From an uncultured delta proteobacterium (GTDB lineage Bacteria > Myxococcota_A > Polyangia > Polyangiales > JAFGIB01): a DNA stretch of 64,000 nucleotides. Location of the stretch: assembly GCA_963778655.1 (NCBI GenBank), contig CAVZVA010000010.1, forward strand, positions 1,664,001 to 1,728,000. The letters run 5' to 3'. A program made the translations under genes and the position numbers. Positions 9,196 through 18,757 of the stretch are shown here, one piece after another. Below the pieces are notes generated by a model. The model worked only from the letters and a program-made list of their open reading frames with translations, had not been told where the DNA came from and searched no databases. How positions within the stretch are numbered: the stretch's first letter is position 1; each line of letters opens with the position of its first letter.

Positions 9196-11022
9196 TCAGC
9201 CTGGGGCAGCCGGCGGTGCGCCAACGGCCGGCGGCAGCGAGCCGGCTTGGACCCTCAGCTCGCGCGCGCGGCCCAGCGCGCGCCGCGCGCTCGCGAACAC
9301 GCCGGGCTCGGTCAAGAACACGTTGTCCGAGCCGAGCGTCTGCGCCAGCCCGAAGCGCCGCAGGTGCTCGAGCAGCTCCGGGCGTACGCCGCACAGCAAC
9401 ACGTGGCGGCCGCGGGCGTGCATTTCGGTCACGAACTGTTCGAGTGTGGTCAGCACGGAGGCGTCGATCCAGCGCGTGCGCTTGAGCCTGAAGATCGCGA
9501 CCCGCACCCCGCTGCGCTCGACCCGCACGAGCTGCTCGGCCAGGTCGTCGGCCACGGCGAAAAACAAGTCGCCCTCGAGCTGGATCAAGACCATGCCGCG
9601 TCGGGCCGAGGCCAGCAGCGGCCGCTCCTCGAAGCCGCCCGCCTCGTTAGGCACCAGCTCGTGCAGGTACAGGCGGCTGGCGTGGTGCAGGTACAGCGCC
9701 AGGCTGAGGAAGATACCGACGTAGATGGCGTAGGTCAGGGGCAGCACCAGCGCCGAGACCAGCGTGGCCGCGCTGACCACCGCGTCGGGCCGGCTGGCGC
9801 GCGCGATGCGCGTGATCGCCCGCACGTCGATCAGCCCGGCGCCCACAATCAGCAGGATGGCCGCCAGCGAGGACAGCGGGATGTTGCGCGCGAACGGCGC
9901 CAGCGAGAGGAAGATCAGCGCGTTGAAGCCCGCGCAGAACACCCCCGCCAGGCGCGTGCGCGCGCCGACGCGGTGCTGAAGCGCCGTGCGCGAGAAGCTG
10001 CCGGAGCCCGGCATGCACTGGAAGAACGCGCCGACCAGATTGGAGATGCCCTGGCCGAAGAACTCCTGGTCGGCGTCGATCGTCTGGCCCGCGCGCTCGG
10101 CGATCGCCTTGCCGATCATCACCGACTCCAGCATTCCGAGTAGCGCGATCGCCACCGCACCCGAGAGCAGCGCCTCGAGCTGTGCGACGCTCAGGTGCGG
10201 AAGCTGCGGTGCCGGCAAGCCGCGCGGCAGCGGCCCGACCAGTGGCGTGTCGGCGTCGGTCCAGCGCGAAAACGATACCCAAAGCGCCGAGCCGGCCACC
10301 GCCAGCAGCGGCCCGGGCGAGCTGCGGCTGAGCCGCTCGGCGCCCAGCACGGCCGCGAGCGCCAGCAGGCCGAGCACGAGCGAGCGCGGGTTAGCCTCGC
10401 CCAGGTGCGGAACGATGCGCTGCGCCGCCCCCGGCAGGCCGGGCAGATAGTGCTCGGCGCCGTCGGTGCGCAGCCCGAGCAACTCGGGCAGCTGCCCTGC
10501 GATCACGAGCACGCCGGCAGCCGCGGTGAAGGGGACCATCACGCTGCGACTCACGTAGCGCACCAGCCGTCCCATACGCGCCGCAGCGAAGGTGAGCTGC
10601 ACCAGCCCCTTGAGCAGGGTCAGCCCAAACACCAGCTGCAGGTACAGCGCGGGGTCGGCGGTCAGCCTCGAGACCACGGCCGCGACCAGCAGGCTCTGGG
10701 TGTTGGTCGGGCCGACCGACAGAAAAGGGCTCGAGGTGAACAGCGAGCCCAGGGAACCGACCACGATCGCGGTGTAGAGGCCGTAGATCGGCGGTACGCC
10801 CGCGACCAGCGCGAAAGCCATCGACTGAGGCAGGTCGACCACCGCCACCGTCAGGCCGGCCAGCAAGTCCTTGGGCAGGTCGGCGCGGCGATACTTGCGT
10901 AGCGTGTGCGCCAGGGGCGCGAACGGTAGCCCCAGCCAGCGCAGCCAGCGTGGTCGAGCCCGAGACACTTTGACGGTTCGGCCGGTTTCTTGGCGGCGAC
11001 CCACTGCCGCCGTAGGAAACAT
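9196..11022 (-). CDS. SulP-family anion transporter with STAS domain
   Basis: DLLAGLTVAVVDLPQSMAFA, GSFSRTA, and C-terminal GDLFFA / WIDAS STAS motifs. Confidence 0.93.
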   Translation of the reverse strand: MFPTAAVGRRQETGRTVKVSRARPRWLRWLGLPFAPLAHTLRKYRRADLPKDLLAGLTVAVVDLPQSMAFALVAGVPPIYGLYTAIVVGSLGSLFTSSPFLSVGPTNTQSLLVAAVVSRLTADPALYLQLVFGLTLLKGLVQLTFAAARMGRLVRYVSRSVMVPFTAAAGVLVIAGQLPELLGLRTDGAEHYLPGLPGAAQRIVPHLGEANPRSLVLGLLALAAVLGAERLSRSSPGPLLAVAGSALWVSFSRWTDADTPLVGPLPRGLPAPQLPHLSVAQLEALLSGAVAIALLGMLESVMIGKAIAERAGQTIDADQEFFGQGISNLVGAFFQCMPGSGSFSRTALQHRVGARTRLAGVFCAGFNALIFLSLAPFARNIPLSSLAAILLIVGAGLIDVRAITRIARASRPDAVVSAATLVSALVLPLTYAIYVGIFLSLALYLHHASRLYLHELVPNEAGGFEERPLLASARRGMVLIQLEGDLFFAVADDLAEQLVRVERSGVRVAIFRLKRTRWIDASVLTTLEQFVTEMHARGRHVLLCGVRPELLEHLRRFGLAQTLGSDNVFLTEPGVFASARRALGRARELRVQAGSLPPAVGAPPAAPG

Positions 11023-11133
11023 GCTCCGCTACGCATTCGCGGAGCACAAGCTTTTGCCGGGAGCGTTTGGGAAGCACGCGGCGAGGCGATCCGGCTTGCG
11101 CGCACCGCGCGGGACGGTACCCTGTAATTCATC

Positions 11134-11763
11134 ATGGCTCGCTACGATGAGAGCCTCACCGTTGCCGAAGCACGCGAGCGCTACTTTGCTGAAAACGGCG
11201 TCGATCCGGGCTATGGCGAGCGCTGGATCACGCTGCGCGTCGCCGGTCGCGCACTGCCCGTGTTTCCCAACACGCGCGCGCGGATCGCGGCCGCGCGCAT
11301 CCACGACCTGCACCACATCGCCGCCGAATACGACACCTCGTGGACCGGCGAAGCCGAGATCGGCGCCTGGGAGCTGGCCAGCGGCTGCGGGCCCTACCTC
11401 GCGGCCTGGGTGCTCAACCTGACCGCGTTCGGGATCGGCTGTTTGATCGCTCCGCGCAAGCTGCTGCGCGCGTTCGTGCGCGGACGCCACAGCCGCAACC
11501 TGTACGGCGGCGCCTTCGACTCGGCGCGCCTGACCCAGAAGCTCGGCGAGCTGCGGCGCGAGCTCGGTCTGGACCAGCCCCCGCCGCGGCCCTCGCCCGC
11601 GGACCGCGCCGCCTTCGCGCTGTGGGTTGCGCTCGGCTTGCTCTACGCCTTCGGCGGCATGCTCTCGTTTGCGCTCTTCACCGTGGCCATGCTGAAGATG
11701 CCGCGGACCGACACGCCGCTGCCGTCCGTCGCGGGCACCGACGGCCGCGCCGCGCCGGTGTAA
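11134..11763 (+). CDS. Coq4-like HDxxH metal-binding protein
   Basis: HDLHHIAAEYDTSWTGEAEIGAWE motif plus TM segments. Confidence 0.65.
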   Translation: MARYDESLTVAEARERYFAENGVDPGYGERWITLRVAGRALPVFPNTRARIAAARIHDLHHIAAEYDTSWTGEAEIGAWELASGCGPYLAAWVLNLTAFGIGCLIAPRKLLRAFVRGRHSRNLYGGAFDSARLTQKLGELRRELGLDQPPPRPSPADRAAFALWVALGLLYAFGGMLSFALFTVAMLKMPRTDTPLPSVAGTDGRAAPV

Positions 11764-11768
11764 TCTGG

Positions 11769-12221
11769 TTATCGGGAGGGGCACGCGCCCCTCCCGCCCC
11801 ACCGGCAAAGCCGTTGGGGCCCCACCCACCCGCGGGGTTCGCTCCACTGCGTTGCGCTCACTGGCTCCGGCGAGGTTGTGCGTCTGCCACGCGGCCCTGC
11901 CGCCCCACCGGCAAAGCCGTTGGGGCCCCACCCACCCGCGGGATTCGCTCCACTGCGTTGCGCTCACTGGCTCCGGCGAGGTTGTGCGTCGCTGGCACGC
12001 GGCCCTGCCGCCCCACCGGCAAAGCCGTTGGGGCCCCACCCACCCGCGGGATTCGCTCCACTGCGTTGCGCTCACTGGCTCCGGCGAGGTTGTGCGTCGC
12101 TGGCACGCGGCCCTGCCGCCCCACCGGCAAAGCCGTTGGGGCCCCACCCACCCGCGGGGTTCGCTCCACTGCGTTGCGCTCACTGGCTCCGGCGAGGTTG
12201 TGCGTCGCTGGCACGCGGCCC
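11769..12221. repeat. Tandem array of four ~108-bp units headed by a family A palindrome
   Basis: cgccccaccggcaaag recurs at 11795, 11901, 12009 and 12117 (periods 106, 108, 108); units nearly identical; lies between convergent genes. Confidence 0.95.
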
Positions 12222-12237
12222 GAGCCCTCGAGCCGTT

Positions 12238-13041
12238 TCAGTTGGCGTAGCAGTAGGAGGCGGCTAGCTGGGCCACGCAGGTCATCGCGCTCGGGCAGGT
12301 GCGGTTGGTCCCGAAGGGGAAGCCGGTCGGCGTGCAGTCCAGGTGGCAGTAGCCGGTGTCACAGGTCGCGGTGGCCTCGTAGCTGCCCGCGGGCAGCGGG
12401 CAGGTGGCCGCGCTGGTGCAGGGCGGCGCGCACACGCCGATGGTGTTGAGGATGTTGGCGGGATCCTGGGTCGTGGTGCACTGGCCGCCGCTGCACTCGC
12501 TGCTCGCGCTGCAGGACTTGTACTCGCCACCTGTGCCACCTGTGCCACCTGTGCCGCCGCTGCCGCCGCTGCCGCCGCTGCCGCCGCTACCGCTGGTGCC
12601 GCCGCTACCGCCGGTGCCGCCGCTACCGCTGGTGCCGCCGCCGCCCGCACCGGCATCGGGCGCGGGCGCGCCGCCGCCCCCGCCGTCCTCGTCGCCGAGG
12701 GCGCCCGGCGCACTGGCCGCGTCCGTGCCGGCGTCCTGTGAGCCGGTGCTCATGTCGGTGCCGGTGCCGCCCGTGCCCGACGCATTGTCGGCGTCGCCCG
12801 GGCTGGCGCCCGGCGGTCCCGCGTCCAGCATGATCGCACCGGTGCAGTCACACTTGCCCCACACGCGCTCGGGCAGACACTTCTGGGCGCCGGCGAGCGC
12901 CCCTGAGCACACGCACGCCTGGGTCTGGCCCGGCGGACCGCACTTCTCCAGGCTCTTGCAGGCTGCCGCTGGCATGATCGCCAGCGCCGCCAGAGCACGA
13001 AGAACCCACGCGCCCGTGTTATCCATACAACCTTGCTCCAT
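12238..13041 (-). CDS. Cys-rich lipoprotein with Gly/Ser/Thr linker
   Basis: AAAC lipobox-like motif, Cys-rich N and C domains, GGSGG repeats. Confidence 0.8.
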   Translation of the reverse strand: MEQGCMDNTGAWVLRALAALAIMPAAACKSLEKCGPPGQTQACVCSGALAGAQKCLPERVWGKCDCTGAIMLDAGPPGASPGDADNASGTGGTGTDMSTGSQDAGTDAASAPGALGDEDGGGGGAPAPDAGAGGGGTSGSGGTGGSGGTSGSGGSGGSGGSGGTGGTGGTGGEYKSCSASSECSGGQCTTTQDPANILNTIGVCAPPCTSAATCPLPAGSYEATATCDTGYCHLDCTPTGFPFGTNRTCPSAMTCVAQLAASYCYAN

Positions 13042-13209
13042 TAGGGGCCTCGCCCATCCCCAGCGCGACCGGCGCGCACCTTAGCATACCCGCACACAGC
13101 GGCCACGCCGCGCTCTGGGTTTCCGGTCTGCCCCCAAAGCCTGCCGGGCGCCGCGCGCGAGACGCGATGGACAAGGCCATCTGGCTCGCGCGAAGGTTCG
13201 GCCGGCCAG

Positions 13210-15654
13210 ATGCTGCTCGTGCGCAGATTTCGTTCATGGCTCACGCCCTGCATGCTGATGGCGGCTTGCGTGCTGGCCGCGTGCAGCGGCCGGCCGCCTT
13301 CGCCTCGCGACCTGCTGCGCGCAAGAGCGCCGAGCCACGTGCACGGCGTGCGGCACCCCGAGCGCATCAACGACGGCGTCACGCCCGCCGACGGCGATTT
13401 GTGGCTCACCGACCTGAGCGCGGTCTTCGCCGACGTCAACGGCGAGGTGGTCTACGATCTCGGTCGCGACACCGCGATCGCCGCCGCGTTCGTCCAGGCC
13501 GACAACAACGATCGCTTCGTGCTCGAGGTCTCCGACGACGGCGCGCACTACCGCCGCCTGTGGCAGGCCGGCGCGGTGCCGCAGCCCGGCATGCGGGGGC
13601 GCATGGTGCGCGGTCTGCGCGCGCACGGCCGCTATCTGCGCCTGACCGCGATCGGCGGCGACTCGCTGGTCAGCGTAGGAGAGCTGATGGTGTTTGCGCA
13701 GGCGCCGCAGCCATGGCCGCCGCGGCTGTGGCAGCGCTTCGGGCTGCCGCCGTACATCGCGATGCAGCGCTGGTGGATCGCGCTGGGCGTCGCGCTGCTG
13801 CTGTTGTTGTTGGCCGCCGACCGGCGCGTGCCCGTGGCAGTGCTCGCCGGCGCCGGCCTGCTCGCGGCCATCGTGCTCGGCCTGTGCGTGAAGCGACTCG
13901 CGGCCGACTGGCCGCCCGTGCTCGAGATCGGCGAAGCGCTGCGCGCGGTGATCGCCGCCGTCGCCGGGCTCGCGCTGATCGCCTTTAGCGTGCGCTGGCT
14001 GCGCGTGCGCCCCGCCGCCGTGCACGGCGTGCTCGGCGTGCTCGCGCTACTCGGTGCGGCCTGCTTCTATAACTTCGGGCGGCCGTGGTTCTGGAACGCC
14101 GAGCGCGGGCGCCCGACCGTCGTTCACACCTACGACATGCGGGTGTATTTCCCGGTCGCCAAGTACTTCGACGAGCTCGGCTTCGACGGCGTGTACACCG
14201 CCAGCGTCAAGGCCTACATGGTCGGGCAGCGCGTACCGGCCAGCACGCTCTCCTCCGTGCTGCTGCGCGACCTGCGCAGCTACCGCGTCGTGCGCGCCGG
14301 CGAGGTGATGGACCAGATCGACGCCGTTCCGCGGCGCTTCACCAAGCAGCGCTGGGACGCCTTCGTCGCGGACATGCGCTTCTTCTGGCGCACGATGGGG
14401 CCGAACGACTACCTCGGCAGCCTGCTCGATCACGGCGGCAACGCCACGCCGGTGTGGCTCGCGCAGGCGAACCTGCTGTTTCGGGGCATGCGCGCCTCCG
14501 AGCCGGCGCTGACCGCGACCGCGCTGCTCGATCCGCTGCTGATGCTGCTGACCTTCTTCTGCATAGCCCGCAGCTTCGGCCTGCGCACGATGCTGGTGTG
14601 CGCGATCGTGTTCGGAGCGACCGACTTTCCGATCTTCGGCAGCGACTGGGCCGGCTCCACTCTACGCTGCGATTGGATGGCGACGCTCGGCCTGGGCTGC
14701 TGCGCGCTCAAGAGCGGCCGCTACGCGCTTGGCGGCGCGCTGCTCGCGCACGCGGGCCTGGTGCGCGCGTTTCCCGCGATCGCGCTGGTGTTCGCACCGC
14801 TGCCGTGGCTGTGGCAGCTGGTGCCGAGCCGCAGGCCGCTCGGGCGCTCAGATCGAACAGATCCACAGGAACACGGGAAGGCGGGAAGGATGGATGTTTC
14901 TCCGTCTTCCCGTCTTCCCGCCTTCCTGTTGCAGCTTCGGTCGCGTGTGCTGCCGCGCATATCCAGCGCAGCGGCGCCGCCGACTGCACTGCCGGGGCGA
15001 GCGCTGCTGCGGCTGGTCGCGGGCGCGGCCGCCGCCAGCGTGCTGCTGGTCGGATTGTCGTGCGCGATGTTCGGCTTCGAGCCCGCTTGGCTCGGCTGGG
15101 CCAAGAAGATCGAGCTCCACACCGAGGACCCCCACACCAACCACGTCGGCGTGCGCGCGGTGACCGCGTTCGACCCGGCCAAGACCGCCGACGCGCTGGC
15201 GGCGGCTGGCTCGCGCGACCCGTGGGCCGACTGGCAGCGCGCGGAGCTCGGCACCTATCAGCGCAGGCAGCCCCTGGTCTTTGCGCTGCGGCTGCTCTTC
15301 ACGCTGCTGGCGCTGCTCGCCTGCCGCGGCGCCACCCCGGCCCAGGCCGCGCTGATCGGCCTGACGCTGGTGCCGGTGTTCTCGTACCCGGCGAACTACT
15401 ACCTGCACTACGTGTTTCTGCTGCCGTTGCTTGCGGTGGGAAGGCGTCCGGGCCTCGGGCTGTGGCTCGAGCTCACGCTGCTCGCAATGTGCGTCGCGCA
15501 GTTCTTCACGCTGAAGGGCGCGCTCGACGTGCGTTTCTTCTGGGAGAGCGTGATCCTGCTCGTCGGCTTCGCCGCGCTGCTCTTCCCGCTGGCGCGGGTG
15601 GGCGCCGCGGCTCAGGTGGTGGCGGCGAACCCCGCCATACCCTCTTCGAGCTGA
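13210..15654 (+). CDS. Polytopic membrane protein: discoidin/F5-8-like domain plus GT-C-like membrane domain
   Basis: QADNND...LEVSDDG...GRYLRL discoidin-like motifs; many TM helices; DHGGNATPVW loop. Confidence 0.7.
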   Translation: MLLVRRFRSWLTPCMLMAACVLAACSGRPPSPRDLLRARAPSHVHGVRHPERINDGVTPADGDLWLTDLSAVFADVNGEVVYDLGRDTAIAAAFVQADNNDRFVLEVSDDGAHYRRLWQAGAVPQPGMRGRMVRGLRAHGRYLRLTAIGGDSLVSVGELMVFAQAPQPWPPRLWQRFGLPPYIAMQRWWIALGVALLLLLLAADRRVPVAVLAGAGLLAAIVLGLCVKRLAADWPPVLEIGEALRAVIAAVAGLALIAFSVRWLRVRPAAVHGVLGVLALLGAACFYNFGRPWFWNAERGRPTVVHTYDMRVYFPVAKYFDELGFDGVYTASVKAYMVGQRVPASTLSSVLLRDLRSYRVVRAGEVMDQIDAVPRRFTKQRWDAFVADMRFFWRTMGPNDYLGSLLDHGGNATPVWLAQANLLFRGMRASEPALTATALLDPLLMLLTFFCIARSFGLRTMLVCAIVFGATDFPIFGSDWAGSTLRCDWMATLGLGCCALKSGRYALGGALLAHAGLVRAFPAIALVFAPLPWLWQLVPSRRPLGRSDRTDPQEHGKAGRMDVSPSSRLPAFLLQLRSRVLPRISSAAAPPTALPGRALLRLVAGAAAASVLLVGLSCAMFGFEPAWLGWAKKIELHTEDPHTNHVGVRAVTAFDPAKTADALAAAGSRDPWADWQRAELGTYQRRQPLVFALRLLFTLLALLACRGATPAQAALIGLTLVPVFSYPANYYLHYVFLLPLLAVGRRPGLGLWLELTLLAMCVAQFFTLKGALDVRFFWESVILLVGFAALLFPLARVGAAAQVVAANPAIPSSS
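14865..14929. repeat. Palindromic repeat family B copy inside a CDS
   Basis: acaggaacacgggaaggcgggaag...cttcccgtcttcccgccttcctgt; the host reading frame stays open. Confidence 0.85.
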
Positions 15655-16169
15655 ACGCCCAAGCTGTTGAGCGCCATGCACACCAGCGTGTACTGGCCGA
15701 CCGCGAAGATCAGGTCGAGCATCTGCCGCTCGTCGTAGCGCGCCGAGAGCGCCTGCCAGGTCGCGTCGCTGATGAAGCTGTCGTCGTGCAGCTCGTCGGC
15801 AGCCCGCAGCAGGGCAGCGTCGAACGGCTCCCAGGCCGGGGCGTCCGGGCCCTGCGCGATGCGCTTGATCTCGTCGTCGCTCAGCCCCGCGCGCTTGCCG
15901 ATCACCACGTGCTGGCCCCACTCGTATTCGCTCCGGCAGCGCCAGCCGGTGCGCAGGATCAGCAGCTCCCGGGCGCGGGCGTCGAGCGTGCTCTTGCCCA
16001 GCACGTGGCTGCCGAACACCAGCCAGCGCTTGGCCAGCTTGGGGTGGCGCGCGACGGTGCGGTAGATGTTGAGCACCGGGCGGCCTGGGCCGGCCCCCGT
16101 GTACTTGACGATCTCTTCGGGGATCTGGTCCGGGGGCAGGGGGGTCAATCGGGGGCGTGTCAGTCGCAT
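15612..16169 (-). CDS. Carboxymuconolactone decarboxylase/AhpD-like protein
   Basis: RELLILRTGWRCRSEYEWGQH motif. Confidence 0.88.
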   Translation of the reverse strand: MRLTRPRLTPLPPDQIPEEIVKYTGAGPGRPVLNIYRTVARHPKLAKRWLVFGSHVLGKSTLDARARELLILRTGWRCRSEYEWGQHVVIGKRAGLSDDEIKRIAQGPDAPAWEPFDAALLRAADELHDDSFISDATWQALSARYDERQMLDLIFAVGQYTLVCMALNSLGVQLEEGMAGFAATT

Positions 16170-16196
16170 GGTACGGGCTTCCTCCGTGCTGCAGGC

Positions 16197-17609
16197 TCAG
16201 CTCGCCCGCGCCGGTGGCGGGTTGCTGTGGCTGCGCGTGATCGCCTCCCGCAGCTCGAGCAGCTCCTTGAGCGCGAGATGACAGTTGCTGCCCAAGCCCA
16301 GGGTCGCCAGCGCGCACAGCCCCGGCACCACCGGCGCCTGATCGACCTCGACCAGCGACCAGGCGCACAGCACGCAGCCGGCGAGCGGCAGCAATACGAG
16401 CACAACGAGGTTGAGCCCGCCCACGCCGAAGCCGACCGTCGGCAGCGCCTCGACATTGGGCCGATCGAACGGATTGTAGGTGGCGCCGACGCCCCGGCTG
16501 CGCCGCATCAAGACCAGGAAGATCGGCAGCAGCGCGAGCGGCGCGAGCTGCAACACCGTCATGCCGCCGAGCTTGATCCCGGAGATCTCGACGTACCGGT
16601 AGTGCCAGCTGAAGCGGGCGTGCAGCTGCTGCAGCGCCTGCGCCGGGCTGCGGTCCTTGAGCGCATCCCACAGGCCGACGGCGTGAGTGACCGGAAATTC
16701 CGCGCCCGTGATGCGGGGCACGGCCACCGCGCGCGCCTCGATCGTCGCAGGCAGGCGCAGCTCCAGCCTCTGATTCGAGGGGCGCGCCAGCAGCGTCGCG
16801 TGCGCGACCGCGCAGCCGCCCGCGTCGCCCTTGGTGCCGGCCGCCTGCGCTCCGCCGCCGGTCTTCTCGAAGCTCTCGGCGCGCTTGGCCAGCGCTTCGT
16901 AGCCCTGCTGCGCTTCGGCGAGCTTCTGTTGGGCTTGCTCGAGCGCGGCCTGGGTCTTGACCCGCGTCTCGTTCGCCTTGGCGATCGCCTTCCAGGTCGC
17001 CTTCCACTTGCGGCGCAGGTCGTACACGTCCTGCGCCTTTGCGTGCTCCTTGTCCGCCGCCCGCACCTGCGCGCGCGCGGCCAGCATGGCCTCGCGGGCG
17101 TCGGCCACTTCCTGCTCGCGCCGCACGTCGGCCTCGCTGCAGCTCCCGCCGCCGAGCGCGATCGCCTGCAACTGGTAGCTCTGGCCTTGCGGCTGCCGCG
17201 ACAGGCGCCAGCCGAGTGAGCGCGCCAGCGCCTGCGGCTGCGGCAAGCCGATCGCCAGCGTGGCGCCTGGCGCGGTCAGCGCGTACACGTCCGCCAGCGT
17301 CGCCAGCGACACGGTCACGCGCGGCATCAACTTGGGCGCCGACGCCGCGGCCGTGACCTTCGGCACGTCCTCGCCCCCGATCGCAGCCGCCACCTTGTCG
17401 AGCTCGAGCGTGCCCTGGCTGCTCGCCTGTGCGACCACGGCGTGCTCCAGGGTCGCGCGATCGAAGGCGCCGGCGAAGGCCGTCATCTCGTCGAGCGCCG
17501 CCATGCTGTGGCCGTCGTCGCCCAGCGGCAGGCCCAACAACACCACGACCACGCTCACCCCGAGCAGGGTCCAGAACATCCGCTGCACCGCGTTGATTCG
17601 TTCCGTCAC
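16197..17609 (-). CDS. Hypothetical membrane protein with coiled-coil
   Basis: N-terminal TM, central coiled-coil, three C-terminal TMs. Confidence 0.75.
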   Translation of the reverse strand: MTERINAVQRMFWTLLGVSVVVVLLGLPLGDDGHSMAALDEMTAFAGAFDRATLEHAVVAQASSQGTLELDKVAAAIGGEDVPKVTAAASAPKLMPRVTVSLATLADVYALTAPGATLAIGLPQPQALARSLGWRLSRQPQGQSYQLQAIALGGGSCSEADVRREQEVADAREAMLAARAQVRAADKEHAKAQDVYDLRRKWKATWKAIAKANETRVKTQAALEQAQQKLAEAQQGYEALAKRAESFEKTGGGAQAAGTKGDAGGCAVAHATLLARPSNQRLELRLPATIEARAVAVPRITGAEFPVTHAVGLWDALKDRSPAQALQQLHARFSWHYRYVEISGIKLGGMTVLQLAPLALLPIFLVLMRRSRGVGATYNPFDRPNVEALPTVGFGVGGLNLVVLVLLPLAGCVLCAWSLVEVDQAPVVPGLCALATLGLGSNCHLALKELLELREAITRSHSNPPPARAS

Positions 17610-17719
17610 GCCGAGTCGCCGCCAGCGCGTGTACCCCCAACAGCAGGAGGTTGCTGCCAGCGCAGGCCCACGAATCTACGCGATTCCCCGCCGTTGTCAC
17701 CAGCGGCTCGGACGGCGCC

Positions 17720-18655
17720 TCAGCGCTTCTTCACGAAATAGCGGCCGAACGGGAGCGAGCGCAGACGCTTCCGGTGGTGGTGCTCGCGGACGAACTTGCG
17801 TGCCTCGTGGTGGCTTTCGTCGACCTCGAGCACTTTCTGGTAGTACTCGGCGGCGCCGTCGGGGTCGCCGTCCTTGATCTGTGCGCGCGCTTGGGCCACG
17901 TACAGCCACTGCGTGGCACGGCGGTCTGCGGGGCTCTCCTCCGATAACTGCCGGAAGATCTTGATCGCCTGCCCGAAGCGCTTGTGCCCGAGGTGCGTCA
18001 TGCCGAGCTTGAGCTTGGCCACGTCGAGCGGCCGGCCCGTGGGCGCGGGCGTCCCCTCGGCCTGCGCCGGCTCGCTGCGTGCGCTCTCACCATCGGCGCC
18101 GGCGCGCACCGAGCCGCCGCCCTCGGCCCCAGGACTGTTCGAGCGTCGTGCGGCGGCGCGATTCGAGCGGCCGCCCGGCGTCGCTGGCGGGTTGCGCGAC
18201 GACCCCGGTGTCCCGGCGGGCAACGCCTCGAGCACCTTCGAGGGTGGCAGCGCCGACGAGACCTCGAACATGCGGCTGGCGTAGCTGGCGGTCGGCTGCT
18301 CGGAGCTGCCGTCCCAACGCGCGAACTCCACGAGCTGATAGATCTGCTGCTTGTGCACCTGGTCGAGCTCGGCGAATTGCACGCCGACGCCGGGCGGGCG
18401 TCCCTGGAGCTCGGCCTGTTCGGGATCGAGCACGTGCACGACGGTCGCCTTGAGCTGCATTTCATGGCCTTCGGGCAACCGCAGCACGACCTCGACGTCG
18501 CTCAGCACCGGCGGAGCGTCGTCGGTGATGATGAACATGCCCCCCTGGCTCACGTCCGCCGCGTAGAGCTGGGCGAACTCGGCCCAGCTCCCACAGCGGA
18601 CGCGTAGCTCCTGCTTCGAGGGATAGCGCTTGTTCCGGCGCGCGGAATCCGTCAT
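17720..18655 (-). CDS. PilZ domain plus TPR protein
   Basis: RRNKR and DVSQGG motifs; C-terminal TPR-like helices. Confidence 0.85.
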   Translation of the reverse strand: MTDSARRNKRYPSKQELRVRCGSWAEFAQLYAADVSQGGMFIITDDAPPVLSDVEVVLRLPEGHEMQLKATVVHVLDPEQAELQGRPPGVGVQFAELDQVHKQQIYQLVEFARWDGSSEQPTASYASRMFEVSSALPPSKVLEALPAGTPGSSRNPPATPGGRSNRAAARRSNSPGAEGGGSVRAGADGESARSEPAQAEGTPAPTGRPLDVAKLKLGMTHLGHKRFGQAIKIFRQLSEESPADRRATQWLYVAQARAQIKDGDPDGAAEYYQKVLEVDESHHEARKFVREHHHRKRLRSLPFGRYFVKKR

Positions 18656-18757
18656 CGAAACTCGATCAGGTTATCACAGACGGCAACAGTGTGAGCTGGT
18701 CTTTGCGATTCGTGCAGGGCGCGGGCGCACGGTGTGGGAGACACGGGCACTGCCTGC

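Noticed and set aside
11769..12221. CRISPR array
   Set aside because: The units are near-identical over their full length with no unique spacers, and there are no cas genes in the window.
11029..12449. Repeat-protein ORFs crossing the tandem array
   Set aside because: They stay open only because the 108-bp unit lacks stops in several frames, and they overlap better-supported genes.
12527..12645. Short tandem repeats as a contingency locus (also 29080-29355)
   Set aside because: They encode Gly/Ser/Thr linkers of lipoproteins, with unit lengths that are multiples of 3.
14085..17700. Very long alternative-frame or antisense ORFs (1044 aa and 950 aa here; likewise 27810-30572 and 60546-63707)
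   Set aside because: Arg/Ala/Gly-rich shadow frames typical of high-GC DNA, overlapping well-supported genes.
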